Assembly: GCA_009777615.1 (NCBI GenBank)
Contig: WRLM01000005.1
Span: forward strand, 23,370-87,369
DNA: 64,000 nucleotides
Reading direction: 5' to 3'
From: Candidatus Methanoplasma cognatum
Lineage (GTDB): Archaea > Thermoplasmatota > Thermoplasmata > Methanomassiliicoccales > Methanomethylophilaceae
The notes under the pieces are model-generated. The model was not told where the DNA came from, ran no database searches, and worked only from the letters and a program-made list of their open reading frames with translations. How positions within the stretch are numbered: position 1 is the stretch's first letter; each line of letters begins with the position of its first letter. This document shows, one piece after another, positions 1 through 8,100 of the stretch. The translations under genes were made by a program, and so were the position numbers.

Positions 1-1
1 C

Positions 2-850
2 GTTAAAGGCTGCATATACCACTGCGATCCGAAACGGAGCAGAGGACTGTGTCAGAACTGCGCCGAGGCGGCCGCGTCCGGAGCAAATCTGGAATCCGAG
101 AGATCGCCGATGCGCGTGGTCGAACTGCCTCTCAGCGCCACGGAGGACAGGATAGCCGGGACGCTGGACATAGAACATGTTTTGCAAACGGGGAAAAAGA
201 AATTCGAACCCGGCGTGCTGGCGCAGGCCAACGGAAACCTGCTCTATGTGGACGAGGTGAATCTTTTGGAGGATCACATGGTCGATCTTCTGCTTGACGC
301 GGCGGCCATGGGCGTTAACTATGTCGAAAGAGAAGGGATATCCTTCGAACACCCGTCGAAGTTCATTTTAGTCGGGTCCATGAACCCCGAAGAGGGGGAG
401 ATCAGGCCGCAGCTTCTCGACAGATTCGGCCTGTGCGTGGAGATACGCGGCGAGAAGGATCTGCCGGTAAGGACGGAGATAGTCGCGAGGAGACTCGCTT
501 TCGACGCGGACCCAAAAGGGTTCACAGAAGCTTATGCGGAAGAGACCCGGCGGATAAAGGACAGCGTGCTGAACGCAAGGAAGATCCTGTTCGGCGCGGC
601 GGCGGACAAAGAGATCATCGCTCTCGCATCCCATGTCGCCTTGTATTTCGAGATGGAAGGCCACAGAGCGGACATAACAATGGTAAGGGCGGCAAGGGCC
701 AACGCCGCCTTGGACGGAAGGGAGAAGGCGGACAAAGAGGACATAGCGACCGTCGCGCCCATGGTCCTGACGCACCGTATAAAAAGAAAACCATTCGAGG
801 ATTCCAAGTTTGACATCGGAGAACTAAGGATATGTCTTCAGGAGTTTTGA
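2..850 (+). CDS. Mg-chelatase-type AAA+ ATPase, subunit I family (ChlI/BchI-like); 5' end lies outside the window
   Basis: The frame is open from the window edge. Residues before the first ATG (..CIYHCDPKRSRGLCQNC..) continue the protein. Motifs seen: VVELPLSATEDRIAGTLDIE, LLYVDEVNLL (Walker B), VEREGIS, NPEEGEIRPQLLDRFG. Stop is TGA at 848-850. Confidence 0.85.
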   Translation, partial: VKGCIYHCDPKRSRGLCQNCAEAAASGANLESERSPMRVVELPLSATEDRIAGTLDIEHVLQTGKKKFEPGVLAQANGNLLYVDEVNLLEDHMVDLLLDAAAMGVNYVEREGISFEHPSKFILVGSMNPEEGEIRPQLLDRFGLCVEIRGEKDLPVRTEIVARRLAFDADPKGFTEAYAEETRRIKDSVLNARKILFGAAADKEIIALASHVALYFEMEGHRADITMVRAARANAALDGREKADKEDIATVAPMVLTHRIKRKPFEDSKFDIGELRICLQEF

Positions 851-2694
851 GGCGCTGTCTTCCCTTTTCCGCAGTAAAAGGCATGGGGGACGTCAAGAAA
901 GCGCTTGAGTGCGTCGCGGCGGACGATGATCTCCTGGGTATGCTGATAAAAGGCCCGACGGGTACGGCTAAAAGCGTGATCGTAAGGTCATTTGTGGACA
1001 TACTTCCGGATAAGGAAATAGTGAACGTGCCCCAGAACGTGACCGACGAGCAGCTGTTCGGAGGACTTGACATAGAGGATGCCATAAAGTTCGGGAAGAC
1101 GGCGATAAAGGACGGGATACTGCAGAGGGCCGACGGCAACATACTGTATATCGACAACATCAATCTGTTCGACGCAAGGACGATCAGTTCCATAATGGAC
1201 TGTGTGGAATCACAGAAGGTGGTGGTCGAAAGAGAAGGCATATCCGCCGAATACAGTCTCAAAACCACGGTCATCGCAACGATGGATCCCGCCGAGCAGA
1301 CGCTGCCGGACAGCATAGCCGACAGATTCGACATCTGCGTCCAGTCATTTTCCGCCGACAATGAGGATGACAGAAGCCTCATAATAATATCGAACCTGGA
1401 GTTCGACGCGGACCCGGAAGGGTTCGCCGAAAGGTACTCGAAGGACGATTCCGAAGTTCTGCTCCGGATATCCGGCGCAAAGGCCATTCTTAAAGAAACG
1501 GAGATAACGCGGTCCGATCTGGAAAAAATATCCGGAGTATGCTTGGATCTGGATGTCAAAGGGCACCGCGCTGATATCTCTGTGGCAAAGGTATCTAAGG
1601 TGCTCGCCGCCCTCGGCGGGCGGACCGCGGTCACCGATGCCGACATAAAAGATGCGGCCATCATGTGTCTCCTTCACAGAAGGAAGGCCGCGGTAAAGGA
1701 AAGGGGAATCATCAACACGCAGAAGAGCGACGCTCCCGATGAGGAGGACAACCCTCAGGAGGATGTGCGGGCGGCCGCCATGCCGGAACCTCCGGAAGGA
1801 ACAGAGGACGAGGGGGACGAGGAGGAAGAGTACGTCAACGACGGAACCTCCGCGGTCAAAGAGAACCTGGGCACCGTGGCGGAGATAACGAACTCGGTCA
1901 AAGAAAGACTGGAGGACATGGATAACGTCGAAGCGGTGCGCCTGCACAGGATAGCCGGAAAGGTCGGAAGAAGGAAGAACATGACGACGAACAAACTGAC
2001 CGGCCGGTACCGCAGGTTCAAGATACCTGACGGGAGGTCGACAGATCCCGCCTTCGACGCGACCGTGCGCGCCGCCGCGCCGTATCAGAGGTCTCGCAGA
2101 AGTAAGGGGCTGAGCATAAACATAGAGCCGCAGGATATAAGAGATAAGATCCGGATCAAAAAGGATTCCTGTTCTTTTCTCTTTGCGGTTGACGTAAGCG
2201 GCTCCCTGGTGAAAAGCGGGATGATGCAGGACATAAAGAACGGCGTCAAAGCCATGCTCATGGACAGCTATGTCCAAAGGGATAAGGTCGCGCTCCTCAC
2301 GTTCAGGACAGGGGAGGTAAGGATATCCGTCCCATTCACGCGCTCCGCCGAAGGGATATGCGATATCCTGGAGAATACGGCGACCGGCGACGGGACCCCC
2401 CTAGGCCCCGCGCTCATGCTCATCAGGGAATACATGATGAACTACGTCCGGAAGAACTCGGAAGAGAGATGCTATGTGATCCTTATAACCGACGGCGAAG
2501 CGACATATCCGGTCCAAAGGGGGAAGGATGCGACCATCGAGATCAAAAAGGTGGCCGCCGTAATGAAGATACCGCATACGGAATGGATAGTCATAGATTC
2601 CAGTCTGATCCCGGGAAAGATAAACCACGCGCTGAATCTCTCAAAGATGCTGGGCGGCAGATACATAAGACTGGACGATCTCCAGTACGTATGA
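832..2694 (+). CDS. Chelatase subunit D-like protein with an AAA-like N-domain, an acidic linker and a C-terminal vWA/MIDAS domain
   Basis: N-terminus carries LPFSAVKGMGDVKKAL and GPTGTAKS. The linker is acidic (PDEEDNPQED..EGDEEEEY). The C-terminus has FLFAVDVSGSL (DxSxS MIDAS). It overlaps the upstream subunit I gene by 19 nt. Confidence 0.8.
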   Translation: MSSGVLRRCLPFSAVKGMGDVKKALECVAADDDLLGMLIKGPTGTAKSVIVRSFVDILPDKEIVNVPQNVTDEQLFGGLDIEDAIKFGKTAIKDGILQRADGNILYIDNINLFDARTISSIMDCVESQKVVVEREGISAEYSLKTTVIATMDPAEQTLPDSIADRFDICVQSFSADNEDDRSLIIISNLEFDADPEGFAERYSKDDSEVLLRISGAKAILKETEITRSDLEKISGVCLDLDVKGHRADISVAKVSKVLAALGGRTAVTDADIKDAAIMCLLHRRKAAVKERGIINTQKSDAPDEEDNPQEDVRAAAMPEPPEGTEDEGDEEEEYVNDGTSAVKENLGTVAEITNSVKERLEDMDNVEAVRLHRIAGKVGRRKNMTTNKLTGRYRRFKIPDGRSTDPAFDATVRAAAPYQRSRRSKGLSINIEPQDIRDKIRIKKDSCSFLFAVDVSGSLVKSGMMQDIKNGVKAMLMDSYVQRDKVALLTFRTGEVRISVPFTRSAEGICDILENTATGDGTPLGPALMLIREYMMNYVRKNSEERCYVILITDGEATYPVQRGKDATIEIKKVAAVMKIPHTEWIVIDSSLIPGKINHALNLSKMLGGRYIRLDDLQYV

Positions 2695-2710
2695 CCCGCT
2701 GAGAGAGGGG

Positions 2711-3334
2711 ATGCATCGGCGGCATCATGGTCATCATTATAATGTTCGACAGATATCACAAAACATGGATGCGGAATCGATAACTGATTTCATTTCGGCC
2801 CACGCTCCCGAGATAATGCTCATGGTAGGGGGGCTGATCGCGTTGCTGATTGTCTTCAGCTATGTCAAAGACAAACACTCAAAGAAGTACAAGGTGTTCA
2901 TGGGGCTGGGGTTAATATTCGGTGTAATAATGATCGCCATGGTCATCTCGTCGTATGCCGAATGGAATCTTTTCGCCGCCGTTCTGATAGCGGTTGCAGG
3001 GTTCACTCTAGTTATAAGGCCGTTCCGTGAGGTCCATTTCGCGGTCATCGGAGCACTGCTGGTGATGGTGCTCGTTTATGTTCTGCTAGGAAGCCTGATG
3101 GGCACAGGGCTGGAGTTCCTGGCCGAAGGCTGGCCTAGGGTAATAGTCGCTTTCGTAGCGGGCGCCATTGTGTATATGATACTGCATTTCGCGGAAGCGA
3201 TCGTCAAACTGTTCGGAAAGCTGTTCAACTGGTGGCCCCTTCTGCTGGTGCTGGCGCTCGTTTGCATAATCGAATCTATACTCATGTTCACCGGTTACGG
3301 GTCGCTGTACGACTTCGTGACAGGCGGCAACTGA
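2711..3334 (+). CDS. Polytopic membrane protein with a His-rich N-terminus (MHRRHHGHHY); function unknown
   Basis: 207-aa ORF with about 6 hydrophobic segments. A purine-rich GAGAGAGGGG stretch lies directly upstream of ATG 2711. An alternative ATG at 2766 would remove the His tract. Confidence 0.6.
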   Translation: MHRRHHGHHYNVRQISQNMDAESITDFISAHAPEIMLMVGGLIALLIVFSYVKDKHSKKYKVFMGLGLIFGVIMIAMVISSYAEWNLFAAVLIAVAGFTLVIRPFREVHFAVIGALLVMVLVYVLLGSLMGTGLEFLAEGWPRVIVAFVAGAIVYMILHFAEAIVKLFGKLFNWWPLLLVLALVCIIESILMFTGYGSLYDFVTGGN

Positions 3335-3355
3335 CATCGTGACCGCATGTAAAGC

Positions 3356-3364
3356 TTTAAATGA
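3356..3364 (+). promoter_or_regulatory. TATA-box-like element upstream of tRNA-Arg
   Basis: TTTAAATGA lies about 25-30 nt upstream of the tRNA 5' end at 3387, which is typical archaeal promoter spacing. Confidence 0.4.
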
Positions 3365-3386
3365 TAGTAGTAGATGGAGGTTGGCG

Positions 3387-3485
3387 GGGCCCGTGGCTTA
3401 GCCAGGATATAGCGCTGGCCTTCTAAGCCAGACGCCTCGGGTTCGAAAGTTCCTGACGAGGGGACCGAAAGTCCCGACGGGCCCG
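3387..3485 (+). tRNA. tRNA-Arg(TCT) with a 24-nt non-canonical intron in the T-loop (3448-3471, position 59/60)
   Basis: Acceptor GGGCCCG/CGGGCCC. Anticodon stem CTGGC/GCCAG with loop CTTCTAA. T-stem TCGGG/CCCGA encloses 31 nt instead of 7. The insert folds as a bulge-helix-bulge. CCA is encoded at 3486-3488. Confidence 0.85.
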
Positions 3486-3534
3486 CCAAAGGATGCATCG
3501 TTGCGGCGATGGACATCCGCGAAGAGGAAATAGC

Positions 3535-3642
3535 ATGAAAAGAAGCTCACGCGCCTGGAAGAAACGCGGCAACCAGCGTTGGAAATGGCGCAAGAAGAAG
3601 ATGAGAAGAAGAAAGAGAGCAGCAAAGTTACGCAAGAAGTGA
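3535..3642 (+). CDS. rpl41e: Ribosomal protein eL41 (35 aa); missed by the ORF track because it is under 60 aa
   Basis: Translation is MKRSSRAWKKRGNQRWKWRKKKMRRRKRAAKLRKK*, matching the eL41 signature KW(R/K)KK(R/K)MRR.KRK. GAGGAAA lies upstream of the ATG. Stop is TGA. Confidence 0.8.
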   Translation: MKRSSRAWKKRGNQRWKWRKKKMRRRKRAAKLRKK

Positions 3643-3660
3643 TCCTGACAGTGACATCAA

Positions 3661-3828
3661 GGGAGTATAGGCTAACCTGGCAGACTGGCGGGCTCCAGTT
3701 ATCGAGAATGATTAGGAGAGCTTGCTGACAGTTGATGAGTAACTGGAGCGATGACTCATAATTTCGCGGAGGGTAGCTCCCTCCGTGGTGGAAACCCGCT
3801 GACGGGGGTTCAAATCCCTCTGCTCCCA
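3661..3828 (+). tRNA. tRNA-Trp(CCA) with an intron of about 95 nt next to the anticodon (roughly 3699-3793)
   Basis: Acceptor GGGAGTA/TGCTCCC with discriminator A. Anticodon stem GCGGG (3688-3692) pairs with CCCGC (3795-3799). Anticodon CCA is at 3695-3697. T-arm is GGGGG-TTCAAAT-CCCTC. The D-stem pairs imperfectly and the exact splice sites are uncertain. Confidence 0.8.
3699..3761 (+). ncRNA. Box C/D guide RNA embedded in the tRNA-Trp intron
   Basis: Terminal stem TTATCGAG (3699-3706) pairs with CTCATAA (3755-3761). Box C is ATGATTA (3708-3714), D' is CTGA (3725-3728), C' is TGATGA (3733-3738) and D is the variant ATGA (3751-3754). The 12-nt D guide contains AACTGGAGC, complementary to GCTCCAGTT of the anticodon loop. 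Confidence 0.65.
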
Positions 3829-3870
3829 CCTTGCGTAACTAGCTGGCCTCTTAAACCTCTTCCAATAAAA

Positions 3871-3890
3871 CTCTTCTCTTCTCGTTTTTA
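3871..3890 (+). terminator. Pyrimidine-rich tract with a T5 run downstream of tRNA-Trp; possible archaeal terminator
   Basis: CTCTTCTCTTCTCGTTTTTA lies 43 nt after the tRNA 3' end. Confidence 0.3.
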
Positions 3891-4974
3891 AAAATTATGC
3901 GGCGCCCCGATTGATCTCCGGCCTGGGGGCCGGAGAGGTATGATTTTATCTTCAGCACAGAATCGCTATACTATCGCGTCCCACATCGTTACAGATCACG
4001 CTTTTGAAAATGTCTCTGCCCCATCAAGGCATATCCTCACGCCCGACATGGGTATGGTCGTCCCAGCCGCTCTTCGGGCAAGGCTGGCAGGCGTATGATC
4101 CCATCGCTTAGAACGTATTCTCTATAAGCGGTGGTTCTCTTATTGCTTCCCTTTGCGCATTGGCTTATCCATTATATGTGGCAAGGATCGATCCGAGATA
4201 CCGTTATCTCTAGTGTAAAGGGCCGCATTTGCGCCGTACCTCTTGGACGCTGTCCGTCTTCATAATCAGTTCAGAGGAAACCTGCAAGATAGAGCGTAAG
4301 CAGGATCAGTGAAACCGCGACTACGATCACTATTGCTGCTATGTACTTGGTTTTGATTTTATCACCTTAGACGGAAAATGGGCTTGCATATATAGGTAGA
4401 TTTCGTTCTCTTAGTCCTCTGAACCACGTTCCCGCGTGGTATATGTCATTGCAGCCGGCGGGGTGTTTTGTACGTCCGTATGTGATAGGTACGGTTTCGG
4501 CTCAGCAAAACCGATTCTGCAAAAGGTGAAAGGCCCCATTGAAGGTCGCCGCACACTGGAGAACGCGGAGGTATCCGATGGAAACAGTGGCGTCGTTCAT
4601 ACGAGGGGTACCGATGCTCCGGACTGCGGGCGTTGCGGTCCACGCTCCTTGTGGCTGTATTTGTATTCCGATAGTGGCCACATAAGGGGTTCCTGTATGT
4701 TTTCATGATCATGGCCACTAGATTGGTTCTATGGCGTATTTTTGTTTCATACTGTGTTAATATTAGTCAACATCGATGAAAGTTTTTGCGTTACGGATCC
4801 ATTTGACGTAAAAGGCCATAGACAACGGCCTTCAATGGAGTATAGCGTATACAAATTATATTAAATACGCATAAAAAAGGGATAAAATATACAAAAATTA
4901 TATACGGTGTTACGTAATCTGTTGCAATTAATATCGTTCCGGAGAAACTCCGTAATCGGCAGAATGAGTCGGGA

Positions 4975-5094
4975 ATGATGATACAGGGGGGGTGCAGTAT
5001 TAGATTACATCTTAGTATAGGCGGACGTGTTTCCGCACCAACGGCAATAATAGCAGTGTTAATAATGGTCGCAGTGCCTTTCACTGCAGTATAG
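4975..5094 (+). other. Candidate N-terminal leader of the giant surface protein, in frame with it and ending at a single TAG (5092-5094)
   Basis: ATG-ATG at 4975-4980 is in the same frame as the ORF at 5125. Translation is MMIQGGCSIRLHLSIGGRVSAPTAIIAVLIMVAVPFTAV, then TAG, then FNTEYTGGSPLRTVSYNANNG. The hydrophobic core resembles a signal peptide. Confidence 0.45.
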
Positions 5095-5124
5095 TTCAAT
5101 ACAGAATACACCGGCGGATCGCCT

Positions 5125-8100
5125 TTGAGGACGGTCTCATATAACGCCAATAATGGATTCGGACCCGTTCCGGATACCACAACATTTGAGATAGGAATGG
5201 ATTCTTCAGAGGTGCTTTTCGATCCTCTGCCCAGCAGAGCAGGTTATGTGTTTGTAGGTTGGAGTTCGTCTCCCACTGAGTTTGATGATCACAGAACTGT
5301 CGAATACGGCTTCACAACGCCTTACGAGGACAGATTCTTCATAGGGAGCACCGATGTCGTTTTCTATGCTCAATGGCAGGAGATACCGTCTGCATCGAAG
5401 TTTCTGCTGACCAACGCAGCCACGGATCAAGACAGAAACAGAGAGATAACGTGGGACCCGGACGAAAATGGCGGTTCAGGCGCATACAAATACCGCGTAG
5501 CCACAAATGATGCTAACACCACATGGAGTACGTGGCTGATCCTGGAGAGCAACATAATTCAATTTTCCAGCAGCGGCGGGTTCAGATGGGGGAGCATTGT
5601 ATTCACTTTAACAAATAACACTCCTTACCCGAATGATTATCGCCTGTATGTCGTTTTAGATGCTATTTCTATAAACGATAGTAGAACGGCCGCAGGAAAT
5701 AACAAAGTGAATATAAACCCAGGGGCCAAAGTGATTTTTCAGTTGGTCGGCGATAGCACCATAATACACAACTCTATTTCTTCAGCGGCCATAAGGGCCG
5801 TCGAGGACGGATCTGGCTATTCTGACGTCATAATAACGGGACAGGGTGAAGGAAGCCTAAAGATAAGCCGAACAAACGCGGCCATATCGACGGGTGCTTT
5901 GATCGGAGGCAACGGCGGCGTAAGCGCGGGGCAGTCCGGAGAGAAAGGCGGGCACATACGAATAGAATCAGGATCGCTGGAACTGTACCACAACTCTGGC
6001 GGCGCTACATTGCGCGGGGCCTCCATCGGCGGCGGAGGACGGACCGACGGGGGCTATGCGAGCGGCGGGGACGGAGGCGTCTTCGAAATGCACGGTGGCA
6101 AGATCGAATCTTATCAGAATTCTACTCTTGCCGTTTATTCACCAGCAATAGGGGGAGGGGGAGCATCCGACACATCGATAAGGGCCGGGCACGGAGGCAT
6201 CATAACAATAACCGGCGGGTCGATCGATATATCTCAGGACTGCTCGGACGGCACATACGGGTTGCGCGGCGCCGCTATTGGCGGGGCTTCCAACCGTAAT
6301 TCAAAATCAGGAGACAGCGGGACCATAGATATATCCGGCGGTACGATTATAATAAAGCAGACATCGGGAGCGGTGTCCGGAACGGGAATAGGGGCGGCAT
6401 CCGGTCAATATTATTATGCATCGCCAGGTCATGCGATCGGAGTCAATGAGACAGGCGGCCAAAACTATGTATCGATAAGCGGAGGGTACATTGAAATACA
6501 TCAGACCAAAACAGGCACATCCATTTATGGCACCCTTAGGGGTGCCGGTATCGGCGGCGGTGCAGGCACCGAGCCCGGCGTGCCGGGAGGCGGAGCGGAT
6601 GTAAGGATATCCGGCGGATACGTGCTTGTGGACAGGAAATGTACCGGAACTATCACAAGAGGGCAAGGTGCAGCCATAGGAGGCGGTGCCGAGGAAACAC
6701 AACCATCAGTCGTGAATATAACGGGCGGAAATGTAAACGTGCGGGTCTCAATTACGGCAGGCACAGCTGCCGCCTACGCCGGTGCGGCGTTAGGGAGCAA
6801 TCTGGCCCCCCATTCAGGCTCTTACGTTCAAATCGATGGAGGAGTTATAAACATCTCCAGAACGCGCGGAACCGCGGAGATGAATGTTCCGATAGGCTCG
6901 AACGGGGATTTCGGGAAATCTCCAATCATTAACGGCGGATCTATAAGGGCATCCGGCAACATGGACCTGACAAGCGGAGGGTATGTGGTGGAAGACTCCC
7001 AAGGTAAGACCCTTATGATGTATGTCATCGATCTGGAACCAACGGACAATCCCCAGTCGTTGTTCGTCCGCAAAGCCGGATTCCTGTATTCAGAATATAA
7101 CGACACGGAAAGATATGCGGACTTCCATGTTCAGGGAAGACATATGAATCTGGATGTGGCAGGGATGTACTACGACTACCTTAACCTGTACCTTCCCATT
7201 GTGGATGAAACCACGCCTCATGAAATATCTCTCGAATACGACCCGAGCGGATTGGTGAAAACATTCACTGCTTACAAGCACTCCGTCTCAGGCGACGCCG
7301 TTGTTGCGGAAACAAACGTCGGTACGACAATGTACCGCGTCGTGTACAGGCTGGGTAACAAGCTGAGATATGAGGACGACATCGTGCACATAGCCGACAA
7401 TGTGGAGTTCACGCAATCGATCAGAGCGAAAACAGCCCATTTGAACGAAGCCGTCGCCCCGTGGTCCTTATCGTATGTGGAAAGACACAATATAGACCAC
7501 AACGACGACACGGCGGGGAAATCAGTGACTAGCCTGGGCGGAGAATATGATTATTTCGCGTCCGAGGCCCCGCTTGTCCTGGCTGCCGGAACCGTTCTCG
7601 TCAAAACTTCGTATGGTAACATAGAGTTCAAAACAGGCCAGCACATATCCGGGAGGTTAGTGATAACGGCTTCGGACGCCGACAGGATAGACGTTGTTTA
7701 TCATGATGATTATACGTACATAGAGGACACAACCGTAACCGGCCCCAGATCTCTGACGCGTGTTGTTGGAGAAGGATATAACCCCATCATCATCGGATAC
7801 AATGTCTCCGATGACCCGTGGGAACGGGACGGTACGGAACTGATCGCGATGACCCTGCCGGAACCTATTGACGTCCTATGGACATCCGCACTTTACAAGT
7901 TCGTAGAGTGGAGGCTTGGCAGCTCAGCCGGTTCCGCATACGATCCGGGCGACATTTACACAATACCTGCTGGGTCTTCAACGATCGACTTCTATTCTGT
8001 TTGGGGCATAAGGGGTTATGATGTGACCGTGACCATCATCGGCGATGAGTACGGTGTGGTCGACTATACCATAGAAGGCGTGACCAATACACTGACGGAG

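Noticed and set aside
615-2277. Long antisense ORFs (615-1664 and 1345-2277, minus strand) overlapping the chelatase genes
   Set aside because: The plus-strand frames carry unambiguous ChlI/ChlD motifs. The antisense translations are S/R-rich with no motifs.
4270-4360. Hydrophobic mini-frame on the minus strand (KIKTKYIAAIVIVVAVSLILLTLYLAGFL*) preceded by AGGTGAT
   Set aside because: No ATG, GTG or TTG start is available in frame after the preceding TAA stop. It would need an ATC or ATA start, so I cannot support it as a CDS from sequence alone.
4391-4403. A 13-nt exact direct repeat, ATATAGGTAGATT, at 4391-4403 and 17446-17458, bracketing the giant gene. I considered it as a possible att-like island boundary.
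   Set aside because: Roughly tens of identical 13-mer pairs are expected by chance in 64 kb. No integrase or tRNA-fragment duplication accompanies it. The flanks match only 15 of 18 positions. It would be worth revisiting only if comparative genomics shows the 13-kb segment to be absent in relatives.
4436-4718. A pair of 90-aa ORFs on opposite strands in the noncoding stretch. I also checked this region for RNase P or SRP RNA.
   Set aside because: Neither translation looks like a protein (R/C/G-rich, no hydrophobic periodicity) and they overlap each other almost completely. I looked for hallmark RNA motifs (GGAAAGTCC-type CR-I, SRP helix-8 motifs) on both strands and did not find them.
4791-5180. 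129-aa ORF on the minus strand, spanning the start of the giant gene
   Set aside because: It overlaps the AT-rich promoter-like region and the in-frame leader plus N-terminus of the giant protein. It has no motifs. It is most likely an artefact of AT-rich sequence lacking stops in that frame.
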